A model generated the notes under the pieces. The model was not told where the DNA came from and ran no database searches. It worked only from the letters and a program-made list of their open reading frames with translations. Of a stretch of DNA of 64,000 nt, positions 1 through 13,304 are shown piece by piece; within the stretch, counting starts at the first letter, position 1; every line of letters starts with the position of its first letter. Position numbers and translations under genes: made by a program. The DNA lies in NCBI GenBank assembly GCA_030141605.1, contig JAQGDQ010000748.1, positions 38,674-102,673 on the forward strand. The letters run 5' to 3'. Origin of the DNA: Tubiluchus corallicola (Eukaryota > Animalia > Priapulida).

Positions 1-1006
1 CGTATCCATTATCGTGTCCATGTCCTCCCTTGCCATATCCATTGTCATGTCCATATCCTCCTTTGCCATACCCGTCATGCCCATATCCTCCTTTGCCATA
101 CCCATCATCATGTCCATATCCTTTGCCATATCCATCATCATGACTATATCCTCCTTTGCCATACCCATCATTGTGTCCGTATCCTTTGCCATATCCATCA
201 TCATGCCCATATCCTCCTTTCCCATATCCATCATCATGTCCATATCCACCTTTGCCATATCCATCTTCGTGTCCATATCCTTTTTTCCCATATCCATCAT
301 CATGTCCATATCCTTTTTTTCCATACCCATCGTCATGTCCATACCCACCTTTTCCATAGCCATCACTGTGTCCATATCCTCCTTTCCCATATCCATCATG
401 TCCATATCCATCTTTGCCATATCCATGTCCATAACCTCCTTTCCCATATCTATCATTGTGTCTATATCCTCCTTTGCCATATCCATCATCGTGGCCATAT
501 CCTACTTTACCATATCCATCATCATGTCCATATCCTCCTTTACCATATCCATCGTCATGCCCTCCTTTGCCGTGCCCCTTGCCATAACCTTTACTGTACC
601 CGTAGTTGGTCATCGAGTATCCACGTCTTCCATAACTTCTGCGATCCATTCTTGCGATGGATTTTTGAGTTCCACTGCTTTTATATAAATCGCCACCGTA
701 TCCATATTCGCCAGTAATTATCTATAAGTTGTGATATTGTTCATTTATTCAGTATACGTGTGCCAGATATTCTCCGAGAAAGGCGAATTTTACAAAAATT
801 CTGAAATTTTTGCAAAGCTCGCAGTTATTGCAGAATTATTTTCCATTTTTATATTTCCAGACCTTATTTTTAACTGATGTGCAGTAATTTACTGCCAAAT
901 CGAATTTTACTGTTTTTGACGCTGAAGTTTCTGCCTCTTCTCTCTATCCCTGTTTGTCTCTCTCGCCCTTCCTTCTCTTTCTTACCGCCCGTTCTCCCCC
1001 CCTCTC

Positions 1007-1084
<78 letters not shown>

Positions 1085-1099
1085 CCTCCCTCCCTCCCT

Positions 1100-1172
<73 letters not shown>

Positions 1173-1869
1173 TTGATATTTTTTAAGGCTATCAGACCAA
1201 TTTTTTAAAACGCTGTCACAAGCAAATTAAGATTTAGCTAAAAACAGTTTACCGGACCTAACGTCCGTGACAACAGACATTTCCCTCTTCACCTCACGAT
1301 AACCAACGTACTCTATTCTTTATTCTAAGGATTTTGATATACGCAAAGAAAATACGACTGATCTACCTTTGGACTGCATCATAGTAAAAGCGAGATAGAC
1401 AGTCTTGTTCTGCATTTATGGACCAACAAGTGCCGCTCGCGTTTTCAATGCCAGGAAAACTAAATCCGATTAGAATCTGATAGAAACGGTAATGCAAGTC
1501 TCATAAGATAATGTCATTTTAGATATAGACATCTCTGTGAATCGGTATTTATATAAACTATTACTTTTACTATTTACAAGGATTTCCCTTTTTATATGAT
1601 GAATTCCATTGTGAAAAAATCTTTCACTATTTGGATATATAATATATGCATATTAGTGTCTCGACTTTGATAAATCCCTTTCAGTTCCATGGATGGGGCC
1701 ATCTGACATATTGCTTCTCTAAGTTCTTGGTGCACCAGGCCACATCCAAAGATAAGATGAGCTCCCGTTTCCACGCTTGCTACATTGACATTGGTTCGTT
1801 TGGAATTGTCCTAAGTGGACACGCACGCACGCTCGCGCACACACACACACACACACATACGCGTGCGCG

Positions 1870-1913
<44 letters not shown>

Positions 1914-2800
1914 GCATCTGGGCACACAGACATAAGTGCATTAATCATAATTTGGCTGCAAATATTTTACATAGAACGTAAAAGCGTCTGCAAACAATGT
2001 TTAAAATTTTACAATGAGTTTAAAATACATACCTTTAGTTGCAGTAAGATCAATAGAAGTGTACACGTTCCCAAAATCCTACAATACAGATTAACAACAA
2101 AATAGAAGTACGGCTTTAGTCAGTTTTAACTAATAGTTAAAACTACTATTTTCTTGCTAAGTAATTGTAAAACGTAAAAACAAGTAGATTTTTTGTTTCA
2201 GTGCAAAGTGATGGTTTGAGCTGAAAACAGAGAATACAAACCTAATGTAAATTTTACAAACCTAAAAAGCTGCAAGCCGAATAGAAGGGACGGGAAATTT
2301 GGGCAAAATGTTTTGATTGGAAAATTATCCAGTACAAACTTTCAATTTGTAAACTTCTTTCCAATTTTTAGGACGCACTAGTAATGAAAATTACCAATAT
2401 GTACTCTTTGCTCTTTATGCCCTTAATATGCTGGTTGTACACAGGTACTCTTCTCTTTATGCACTGTTTAACTGGTTATTTTTAGGCACTCTTTTCTCTT
2501 TATGCACTTTATAAACTGGTTATACTTAGGTACTCTTTACTCTTCATACATTTTATAAACTGGTTATACTTAGGTACTCTTTACTCTTCATACATTTTAT
2601 ATACTGGTTATACTTAGGTACTCTTTGCTCTTCATACACTTTCGATACTCGGTATAAATACTGTTTACTTCCTGATGATGACTGCGAGTGCGCAGCAGAA
2701 ACGTTATTATTTTTTAATAAAAAATGATAAAAAATTCGTTGGTTGTTGCGGGATGTTTAGCAAACAGCTGATTTTAGCTCACATACCTTGTTTTCTGCAT
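1..2800 (-). CDS. Secreted Gly/Tyr/His/Asp/Lys-rich tandem-repeat structural protein (3' end outside window); exons 2800-2787, 2078-2033, 721-<1
   Basis: Minus frame open from acceptor TAG|721 to position 1: IITGEYGYGGDLYKSSGTQKSIARMDRRSYGRRGYSMTNYGYSKGYGKGHGKGGHDD then (GYGKGGYGHDD)n. Upstream GT-AG exons in compatible phases (ATG CAG AAA ACA AG|gtatgt; tag|G ATT TTG...CTA AAG|gtatgt) give a signal-peptide-like MQKTRILGTCTLLLILLQLKIITG. The repeat exon is much more certain than the two small exons. Confidence 0.8.
1000..1165. repeat. (CT)n microsatellite with CCT interruption
   Basis: Direct inspection. Confidence 0.95.
1819..1910. repeat. (CA)n/(CG)n compound microsatellite
   Basis: Direct inspection. 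Confidence 0.95.
2398..2668. repeat. ~44-bp minisatellite, about 6 degenerate copies
   Basis: Unit tatacttaggtactctttactcttcatacattttataaactggt repeats at 2521, 2565, 2609, with more diverged copies upstream. Confidence 0.85.
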
Positions 2801-4059
2801 AACGCAGCAGGGTGCAGTCGATCTTTTTCACTGACTTCACACAATAACGCTGCCCACTTCTCGTTAACGCTATGTTCTTTTAACTTGCTCTGTATGAGCT
2901 TATGGCAAAGCTCTTTTCACAGCGTGGTTTAAACAATAAGCATTTTCATATCTAGTTCACTGGCTTAACAAACATTATATTTAACTGGATCAATGGCTAT
3001 GGGGCTATCAGCTATTATGTTTGTTCAAAGTTTTGCTGAATTCCGTTAATTACTGCACAAATATCCAGTAAATCTAATTATTAGACTAATTGAAGAACAG
3101 CGCCAGAGAAAATTGCTTGATATTTTATTTACTTAAATCATACAGAAATTTGATTTTATCTCATAATGATGTTTGAGATTTAATTTTTGTTACTCAGGTG
3201 TTTACAACTCGTAGTCATTGGTAAGCATAATAGCAAACAAGAATATTCCCAGCTTTTTAGCTCAAAATAAAACGCGATAATTCTAATATTGTTAATTAAT
3301 ACATTTTTGTTGATAATGTACAAATGAGAAACAAACTTTGAATATCGATATAGTAATCTACTCAGACAATTCCAATCACATAAGTGTAGTAATTCATATA
3401 TAATTCACATACATGGCAACGTTGACTGATCCGCTTTTTCATTACACGTTGCGATAATTTCTATTTGCTCAAAAAACTATCTAATGTTGATTGAGGTACA
3501 GATTTTTAACTAAAGTGGTAGTTTTCGCCATACAGAGACTTATTGTTTAGAAATTTGTTTGTTATAGAAACACGTATATAGGGCAGTAACAGTGAAAGGT
3601 TAATTAATTAATTGTCTGTTTACAGGTATGGTTCAGTGGTCAAACTGGGTCACAACGCTAATCACTTAACTAACGTTTTAACTCAGGTAAGATTCTGTTT
3701 CTTTCTGCCTAGAGCCAGGAAAAACCTATGCGATTGTGATATAATTCGTTGTATTGAGGCTCAAAATACTACCAAATTTTAGTACTTATTTTAGTTTCCA
3801 GTAAAGGAATGAATGTAGGCCTCTACATATACTCTTTAATAAATGGCCAAGGGATAACACAACGCAATTAAATCCAAACAGCTAACAATTATATGCGTGT
3901 TAATATTGCATAATTTAGTTTTGTTGTACGATGATGTTAGTGCCATTAAAATAAGATTGAACTTAGTGTGGTTCTTGCTTCGATCATGCGATCGAAACTT
4001 AAACGAGTGAAATCTAGACGAAAGAATGTTGCTAAGAACAGTACAACCTTCCACTTCAT

Positions 4060-7000
4060 TTAGAGTGATATCAGTTTTTCATCAAAACTTCCATCCAGAA
4101 TACTCTTTATTGCCATTTCATTAAGTTTCCTTTCTTCGTCTGACACGGGATTAAAAAGCTGGCGCTTGTCATACACGTCGGTGCTGTTTTTGACTTCTTG
4201 CAGTGTCTTATCTATTTGCTCATCCCATTTTTCAGTGTCCGTGAGATCGATATTTGGTGCCACTTCATTGTCATCTGCTATTTGGGAATCATTCTGTGAG
4301 ATAATGTTATCATCTGGCGAATCTGAACTACCATTATTTGCGCCATCTAGGCTGTCGTTTTGGCCTTTCGAACTTTCATTTTTGACGAAATCAGATTTTT
4401 GTGGCGCAAGAGAATTTTCTTTGGCAGAGACATTTTCGTCGTTTTTCTGTTTCACATCTTTGTCTTTTTTCTCATCTTGTTCCGTTTCTTCATTATGTTC
4501 ATCTTTGTCATTGCTTTGAGCGTCATTGTCATTGTTTGCTTTCACAGATTCGCCATTTTGCTGGCTTTGCTCGGATACTTCTTTATTTCCAATTGTTTCA
4601 TTACCTTGAGCATTCTTGTCATTCTTGGTTTGTTCATTTTGTTCATCTGACTTTGGATCTTTTTCCGTTTTTGATGTGTTATCTTCCTTGTTATTTGGTT
4701 CATTCGTTTCTGCCTGAGACTTGTCGTTCACTGCCTTTTCTTTCGCAAAAGCAGAAGGTTCGGAGTCTTTCTCTTTATGTTCTTTCTTCTTTTTATTCTT
4801 TCCTTTTCTTTTGTTTTTGTTTGAAGGCGGTGAGGGAGAAGAGGCATTTTTGGGTTCAGGTTTAGATTCTTCTTGCGCAGTAGGAATTGGATTGGCTTTT
4901 GTTGATTCCTTTTCTACAGCCTTGCCTTCTTTCTTCGCTTTTTCTAATTTTTCTTGCAATGTTGGAGCATGTCTCTTTCTTCTAGCGTCTGGCATAGTTC
5001 TTACTGTCCCATCTCCCAACAATGCTCCACTAAAAATAACGTCTGATATTTTTAAAATGAAGTAGGCTTTACAAAAACAACGTCGTCAGATAAATAATTA
5101 GATAGAGAAACAATTACCGAACTGTAGTTTGAAGGCCTATTGATTAACTTAGCCTGGAATGCAAAGCACTGAGTTGGTCGCTTATCGAGTTTTTCCCGAT
5201 TCGGATCGGCATCAACATATGAAATACTACTACGATAACAAAGCATTTTTGCGCCACGTTTTAGCTGCCTAGCTGTTTTATAAACCGAGCTACAGAGCTT
5301 TTTTAAAACAAGCTGTTCTAAAATCCAAGCTACGGCTACGTACGCACGTATATTTTGCTCGAACGTTTTGTAAAATGTATAAACATTAGTAAACTGCTAT
5401 GTTTCGGATGCTGCCCTTCCGTTCCTTTAATAGTCATTCAATAATGTTTGTGCAACAGCGCTCTGCTGATGGCTTTACAATATTCAAAAACACTCCACAC
5501 CATCCACATCATACCACAAAATAACAGGAAGAACAAAAATAAATACTTTGCCCGATGTTGAAATTGCATGAAAAGAAAAACTCATCCGCAGATGATCAAA
5601 AATGCGCGAACATTGTGTTTACTACTATAATAATAATAATAATAATGACGATGGTAATAATAATAATAATCGAACAGATGAAAAGCGGACGCGTTACTAC
5701 TAGACTAAACCGTCTACTCTCGAATTGATAGTAATAAGCTATCTGTTAGCAGATTATAGATACGCGTTTGCGATTGCCATGAATCCAAATTTTCGCGGAA
5801 ATTTAATATGCATTCTTTGCCTCACAAAGTAAATGGCTATACCCAGAGGGGGCGTTAAGTATTGACTAAAGGTATTATCCCCATAGACTAAACGAAACGA
5901 TTACTATTAGTTTTGCATTACATTACAACAAGAACGAAAACGAAAAGCCTTCACGGAGAAATAAATATGTTCATGAGTGCTATATCCCAAGCGAGTAACC
6001 AAAATAACTGTAACGGTATTTAGTAGATAATTAAATTTGATGAATGAATTTTTAACGATCGCTGAATTCATTATCAAATTTTATAGAGGAGAAATTTTTA
6101 TGCGTTGTTTACAGTGCCTGTCTTGCACCTTACGTCTAAGTGAATGCACGTATGATTAATTAAATTCTAATGAAAGTTAAACATCTATAAAAAGTAAATA
6201 AACGAAGCTACAAATTAATAAATTAATTATTAAATAGTTAAATAATGAATCGAGAAACTAAACAGAGGGTATGAGCTAGAAATGCTGTAAACAGACAAGC
6301 GAACAAACGAAAAAATGCACGAATAAACGAACGATGGGACAAAAGAAAGAAACGAGAAAAGTGAGGAAGATATGAGAAAGGAAGAATAGAAGAAAAGAAC
6401 CAAGAAAAGAGAATACATATACATTTTATTGTAATAAAAACATACACAAAGTGTACGGCAATAAAATTATAATACATGTAAATAATTATGTATGTGCAGT
6501 CTCTCGATTGATGTTCTACAATGTCGTCAAGATGTTAGGAAGAAGCGAAGTTAAACGAGCAAAAAATCCCAATTACCTGGCTGTCACCCCGTGTGGCCAA
6601 ACCTTCAAATAAAGTCCATCAGACTGAAGGACCCTTTTGCGCAACAAAGCCTGGATACATTTAAGCGGGAGAGAAATATAAAGGGACACGCTGCAGATTT
6701 TATAATGGTCAGTTTAATGTGAATGTAGTTTATGGTTCGCCTCTAAATCCGTTATCAGTGCTCAACTTCATGCGTGGTTTTAATTAATACGAACAAATCA
6801 ATTTTAAACTGAACTTGCCACTTAGTGAAAACAACCGAAGCCAAACATAAAACATGCAATTAAGGTCTACATCAAACATGCAGGGATCAAAAAGGATCTA
6901 AAACAGGCGTATGCAATTTGCAAATCCATATTATAAAAAAGTTACATAAAATTCCGCCGTGCAAGTTTTATTAGTACCCATGCTTTAATCATTATGCACA

Positions 7001-8941
7001 TGCTCAATCGAACATATGTATTCATGCGTTGCATATGCTCAGTCAACCCTTACCGCCCCTTTCCGCGCTTTCGAGCGGGAACCCTACGAGTTCTGTTTAT
7101 ATGTGCGGCCTCTTCTTCGTCATAGGGGCTATGCTTTATGCGCCTACTCTCACTGTCGTCATCGTCATCATCGCTTGAATTATCTGTAAGTGTGAAAAGT
7201 CGAGTATAAACAATGTTCTGAACAGATTTACCGTCTCTTCTTGGGGCGTTCGGATATTTTTGCTGCTGCGTTAATAGCTTCAGCTTCATGTGGATCAACA
7301 GGTCTATGTTCAATTCTCTTTGGTTTTGTAACAACTGCTTCATCATCAGATTCACTGGCAGGCAACTCTAGAAGCACAACAGTAACGTAGCAGTATTCAT
7401 GTATGTAGATTGTGAACCAACAAAATTGACTCTTAACACAGAGTGTATACATACTGTCAATAAAAAGCTAGAATAATTGTCGTTACAATACTACTATTAC
7501 AATAATACACAAACTGACCTACTCTTAGCGGTCGAACCTCGTGAAAAAGTGACCCAGCGAATTAGCTGCATACTTAACATTCCCAACTTAGGTTTGAAAA
7601 TAATGCTGTCATGAAATTAGAGAATCTAAGCCTGATCTGACATCTGTTTAGAAGGCGTATATGTTGACCTGGCCGAGCCGGGCACTGTTACAATATCAGA
7701 TTACACTGAAAGTGGCCCTTTTTGACTTTCAGTTTCAGTGACTTTCAAGTCCATCACGCAGCGCAGATCTGTCTGCGCCATTTATTCTCTTATACGTGAT
7801 GCGAAATAAAAAAGATTATACAGGAACGATATTGATTATTATGATATAAAAATAATTAGCAAAACGTAGAAAAGGGCTTTTAATTGATTAAAGGGGTTGT
7901 AATTTGTAAGTGTTTAAAGCATTTTGATTCAACTTGAAAAGTCAAAATTTATTCGTTTATGAACTAAACCACGTTTTTGCTTCACCAGTAAATTCCCCTC
8001 AATAATTTTCGACCCCCAAATTTTTCGCTTAAGGCAGAATCTAGTTCGTATATGCCTTGAACCAGCCCTGCTGAAAATTTTGATGATATAGATACATGTA
8101 CAAATTATCATAGATTATCATAGTCAGCATAAATTGATTAACATTAAACATTATCATAGCTCCCCAAAGAACGAGGTTTTTAGTAGTCGTCTAACTTACA
8201 GGGCAGAACAGAACAACTTTTTCTGTACCTAAATATTTTTCAGATTTACGTTTAATTAATTACATAAAATTCATGGTTACAATTAAAGTTAAATAGTTAA
8301 AATGAACAATTATTGTATAATTTTAAATAAGTCAGTGTGATATTATACTGAATGTAGAGGAGAAGTTGTAAGACTTATTGAGTCCTTTCCTCTCAGATAA
8401 GTTGAAAGAGCATGATTATTAAAAATTATTCACACAATATATTCCAGCTAGTTACAACTAGGTGATACGCAAATTAAAAACATTTTTAAAATAAAATTCA
8501 TATGTTGAAATGTTTTACAAATAAATACATAAAGTGACTCCAACTATTTATATTTCTCTAAAATTTTCCTTTTGGCACGTTTTTTTTAAATATGCACACT
8601 CAGACATTTTTAAATCTTCACCTAGGTCGTTCCATAATTTAGCACCAGGAAGTGACAGACTCATTGTTTTCAAAGTTGTTCTTGCCAGTGGTATTTTGCA
8701 ATTTCCCCGCTGTCTTGTCATTTTAATTGGATTATTAATAAACGAACATCATTTTTGTAAATTTCCAGGCAAATGACTTTTATTAGTAGCATGTAATTTT
8801 AATAGTATTTTCAAATCTGTCAAGTCAGCCAAATATAGCTTTAAATTATGGAACAGTTTACTGCTTAGCAACTGATTATTAGTCACTTCATTTCGTAAAT
8901 AAAAACAAACAATACGTACCTATAACGTCGAAAGCTTGCAT
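4060..8941 (-). CDS. Uncharacterised Lys/Glu/Asp/Asn-rich, probably disordered protein; exons 8941-8920, [7367-7232 or 7183-7054], possible cassette 6690-6577, 5029-4060
   Basis: 320-aa ORF 4060-5022 extends to acceptor tttttag|T GGA (phase 2). First exon ATG CAA GCT TTC GAC GTT ATA G|gtacgt (phase 1). Two homologous phase1-in/phase2-out exons lie between. Basic NLS-like clusters (RRKRH, KNKRKGKNKKKK). Confidence 0.75.
8560..8890 (-). mobile_element. Non-LTR retrotransposon (LINE) ORF2 3' remnant in intron
   Basis: Minus translation with stops: LFHNLKL...LPGNLQK*...TRQRGNCKIPLARTTLKTMSLSLPGAKLWNDLGEDLK, typical of L2/CR1-group C-termini. Confidence 0.65.
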
Positions 8942-9421
8942 TTTTTCAAACCTATTTTTATTTTTCAGTTATTCTGTAATTCTGTTTGTAATTCTTCTAT
9001 AAGTTCTCTACGTAATGATAGCATAACCCTACATTTTCTATCTTCCGCTACTGAGTTGACTCAAACACTTTATGAACATAACGGAGAAATGCGGTTTACT
9101 ATAGACAACTTTCATCGTTTGGTTGTAACATCTTCACCACCAAATGCTTGACTAATGTAGCGTTATTGTAGATAACGTCTATCTAACCTGAGAAGAACGG
9201 GTTTTTACATTCAACTATAATACATGCTAGGGCTTCTCATTTGAAGCCAGTTCACGGTAACCAAGCTGACATTCGATCGGCAGTTCATCAATAATAAAAT
9301 TACGTTTCTATGGCTAATAATGGCTTGTACTTTTCAGAGAATCATCGCCATGAACACAATGCGTGCAGTAGTTGTCATTGAGAAAGCACAAACAACACAA
9401 TAAAAAATTAATGTTTCTTTT

Positions 9422-10412
9422 AGGTCCTATTTGCACGGTGCCTTTTTGACCCATGAGTTGGACGCCTAACTCATGCGTTAAAAATTGTACATGCGATACG
9501 ATTGTATGACTCAAGCGTTAGACGCACGTACAAGACGTATGTTCTAATTTTTTTTCGATACATAAGCAGGATGCAAGAATCCGGCCAATCAGCTAAGTGG
9601 GATTAGGTTGCGTATTCACTTCGAAGAATGCAAAAAATAGTGTTAACAGCGCGGTGTCCTCTGACGGACTTGCGGCAAAGCAAATGGGCAACAATGATAT
9701 TTATAATTAGAAAAATAAACAATCAGAAATTGGTGAAAGAAATTGATTTCTATTTTATGAAAGAATATGTAGTTTTGTCAAGGCAGTAAGGCAGTTTTCA
9801 TTTCTTTTGCAAAATTTAAAGTGTTCTGCACTAGTAATGCTACTTTGGTGAACTCTCTACAAAGATACTGCACATCGTAAGAAACATTATTCACATGGAA
9901 AATAAATCTAAATTTAACACAGCAGCCAGATATAGCAATAATGTAACTGAAAAGAATTAACATAATAAAAATCTTATTATCAATTACTAGACCACTAGCA
10001 AAAATTAGTAACTGAGAACGCCATATTTGTTTAGAAATGGTTTTTGTCTTATTTTAAAGAATTTTGTCTTGAAGCATTTTAAACTTTGTTTTTATCCTAG
10101 ATTTTTCCAATCCTATAATTAAAATCAAGATAGAGCACACATATCTGGTGCCAAAGAATCGAAGGATCAACAGCTCTGCAGCAGAAATTGAACCTCTCAT
10201 GTTATTTGAAGAAGATCGGCCTAATTCTTGGAGCGAGCATTTCAATGAGTACAAGAAAAGACATTACGACAATTTTCTTCAGTCGGCGTTTACATGTCGA
10301 CCCCATGGCAGCCTGCTGTGAAATGAGTGACCACGTCTAGGGCGCACAAGAAAGACGCACCCTTGCGTATAAGACGCATGTGAAAAATGCATGTCTTGGA
10401 CTCACATCTAAG
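9422..10412. mobile_element. Degenerate MITE-like element
   Basis: Left gtcctatttgcacggtgc vs right gcaccgtgtaaacaagcc (imperfect inverted match); internal aagacgca motifs near both ends. Confidence 0.35.
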
Positions 10413-11480
10413 ACGCACCGTGTAAACAAGCCTTTGGTGAGTATTGGTTTTTCGAACTGAAAGCGTGTTTCATGTACCTGCAATGTCTTCTTAAATTTGT
10501 CTATCTGCAGTTATGAAAAGACTCTGTGTAGGATATTGGCAGTCGGGCAATATCAATGAGAAAATTGGGACTCCAGTACAATAATGCACTTTTGCACTTC
10601 TGCTTTTGCTGATTTAACATTTCCATTTTCTTTGCCGAAACGTTTTACTGTTCACAGCAGCTTAATTTTATGCTTCTAAGAATCTCACGAAATACACCAT
10701 GTCTGTGTATGTGTCTCTGAGAGCACCAAGTTGATCACGATCGAGCATGTCTTGAGGACGCTCTGAGCTGCTTCTGGTGTTGTTATTAGACTACAGTTTC
10801 TTGATTACAGTACATATAATAAAGCAGGTGACCGGTTCTTTGCATAGTGTTTAAGCCAACCATTAACCATAATGAACCTATGACCAACGACTTCATTATT
10901 TTGTGTCATCAGGCGTGGACAAAATTTTGTTAGAAATCTAGAAATTTTAACTTTAATAGAAAGTAAAACTTCACTAACTTCTTAAAACTTACAAACTGTG
11001 TAATAATTTATGGATAGTTAACTACTTAGAAACCGTCACATGCTTCTAGCGTAACATGCGTCACGTTAGGGATGGTGATGATGATGCTAACTACGATGAA
11101 AGCAACGGCAATGATGATAAACAAAAAGACAGTGATAACGATGGCTATGACAACGACAAGAATGCCTATGATAATTTTGTGATGATTATGGTATGATAAA
11201 GACTTCACTATATAAAACAGCCATTCTTCTTACAAAGTTTAACACAGAGAAAGCTGGTACGCAGTAATCAATGGCAGAGTCTAATTATTAAGGCAGTACT
11301 GATACTAACGGACCTAGCTCATTATTAAGGCTATACTTCTAAAATGAAATAATGAAGGGCAGAGGGCATATTCGAATAACTAATCAGGTCCAGTATTGTT
11401 CAGCTATGGCCTGGTTAATTCTGTATAGTATGTTTTTATAGCTGTTAATGTAATAAGCGTATTTTATTGAAGGTAGTGAC

Positions 11481-11837
11481 TAAAGGTACTGATCCGTATC
11501 CTGATCGCAGAAACTAAAAATACGGATATCACTTTTTTGTTTATTCGCACCGCAAAATCCGCAAGTGTAAGCATCCACATACTTAAAATTGCGGATTGAG
11601 TGAAATTGAATATCTTCGTATCCGCACCGCAAAAATGTGGGCCACAATTTTAATTACTTGGTATGTGTACGCTATTGTTGAAAACCGTTTCTTAATGTGA
11701 AGCTAGGAGATATAATCGCGAATCAATAATAAATTGCTAGCCAGACCCCAATTTTGCTTGTAAACCTTCAACGACAACTCACACAGCACGATGTACATAG
11801 TACATCATTCAACCATATCATGCTCTTCACACTTCAA

Positions 11838-11907
<70 letters not shown>

Positions 11908-12720
11908 CGTAAAATTTGAGCAACCTCACCGAAATAGTCCGTCTGCTTTAAGACTAAATTTTCTTCATTCATTAACTTTAATCTCTTATTCAACACTTAA
12001 TCAAACAGTGTTTCTGATATTTTAACTAGATTTTTGTCAGTTTAAAAAATCCGCTGCCATTCCACCGCACACGCATAAGATTCACGGTATAAATTTTGGC
12101 AACAGGTGCATGTAATAATTTAGCAGCTCTTATAAATTGGACTTACTGTATATCAGTATATCACATAAAGACTAAAAAGTTTTGCTATGTTCGACAAGTC
12201 AATAAATCACAACCCAAACTGAGGAAAAATACAGCTTAGTAGGTTATCACATTCACAACATTCTGTAGAAAAAATACGGGTTAGTAGGTCATATTACAAC
12301 ACTCTAAGAAATTCATAACACTTTATGGGTTAAAGTCTTGCTAACTGGCCTATTACACATCATTTTTTGTAGCAATAAACAAAATAAATTAAACAAACTA
12401 TTAAATGGAGCTTATGCAACACACAGCACCCTATAAAAGCTAACACTTTGCCAGACAATGAAACAGTGTAACAGTGTAACTATTATATCACGAAGAAAAA
12501 CGGTACGGGTCCAGGCTGTAAAATGGCATATCACCATTTTCATGAAGTGGGAATGTACTTTTCAATGATGTGCAGGGCGCATGGTCAAAATGTCGTAAAA
12601 ATGGTCAAAATCAGTATGTTTTGTAAATGTCACAGTACGGATCCGTATTTGTTGCAAAAATAGTTACGAATACAGATCCGTATTCGGTATCGCAGAAAAG
12701 ACGAGGGATCCGTACCTCTA
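11481..12720. mobile_element. Degenerate non-autonomous DNA transposon
   Basis: Ends taaaggtactgatccgta and ggatccgtacctcta are imperfect inverted repeats with subterminal atccgca/atccgta motifs; no TSD recognised. Confidence 0.4.
11840..11906. repeat. (CT)n(AT)n compound microsatellite
   Basis: Direct inspection. Confidence 0.95.
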
Positions 12721-13304
12721 GCCACTGCCTTTATTGAAATTGTTATCTTCATATCGTATGTGTTTCTATGGGAGCTCAGTATTTGATTTAAGTGACAATA
12801 TTGATGCACTTGCACAGTGGAATATAGAAACATTTACGCCGTGTTCTTCAAATTCCAGGGAATTCTTATGGCAGTTCGACAACATTAAATGCTGACACAC
12901 ATTCCATTCCCTTACGGATAATTGTCAAAAGTATATTGAATTTCTGCAAATCTACCGGTAACTCTAATAATGACTTTTGGGTTCACTGCCTATCTTAAAT
13001 ACTGAATGTTGGGAAAGAATAACAGTTTTACACATTACTATGATGATAATTTTACTTTTAATGATCGGACAGCACATGAACTTTATTTGACAATGAACAA
13101 CGAAATATTGATTCCTGGATTAACATTTACATTGAATTTAATCTACTAACACTTTTGACTAATTATTTGTTTATTTAATTTAAAAATTCATACGTATGTA
13201 TTGTTACCATTACATTAACTTGTCAATGTATTGCATTGTGATATGCGAATAAAGATGATATATACATCCATTTAAATATTCGATGTACAGCACAAAATTT
13301 AGTT

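Noticed and set aside
14-688. Plus-strand ORFs 14..688 (Ser/Ile-rich) and 156..359 (PYPSSC repeats)
   Set aside because: Antisense shadows of the minus-strand GYGKGGYGHDD exon, which has the splice acceptor, signal peptide and synonymous-site variation
757-1925. Extra minus-strand exons or stop-readthrough frames upstream of the repeat exon (800-758, 1477-1367, 1811-1592)
   Set aside because: They need a 36-nt intron or several in-frame stops and show no recognisable homology; direct 2033->721 splicing gives a cleaner signal peptide
4166-5065. Plus-strand ORFs overlapping the charged-protein exon
   Set aside because: Antisense by-products of a low-complexity coding exon
7050-7355. ORF-track 101-aa ORF reading through the 48-nt intron
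   Set aside because: It reads exon A in the wrong frame; the A/B homology appears only in the alternative frame
11026-11208. Hydrophobic 60-aa ORF resembling a membrane peptide
   Set aside because: Reverse complement of a degenerate (GAT/GAC)n low-complexity tract; no splice or homology support
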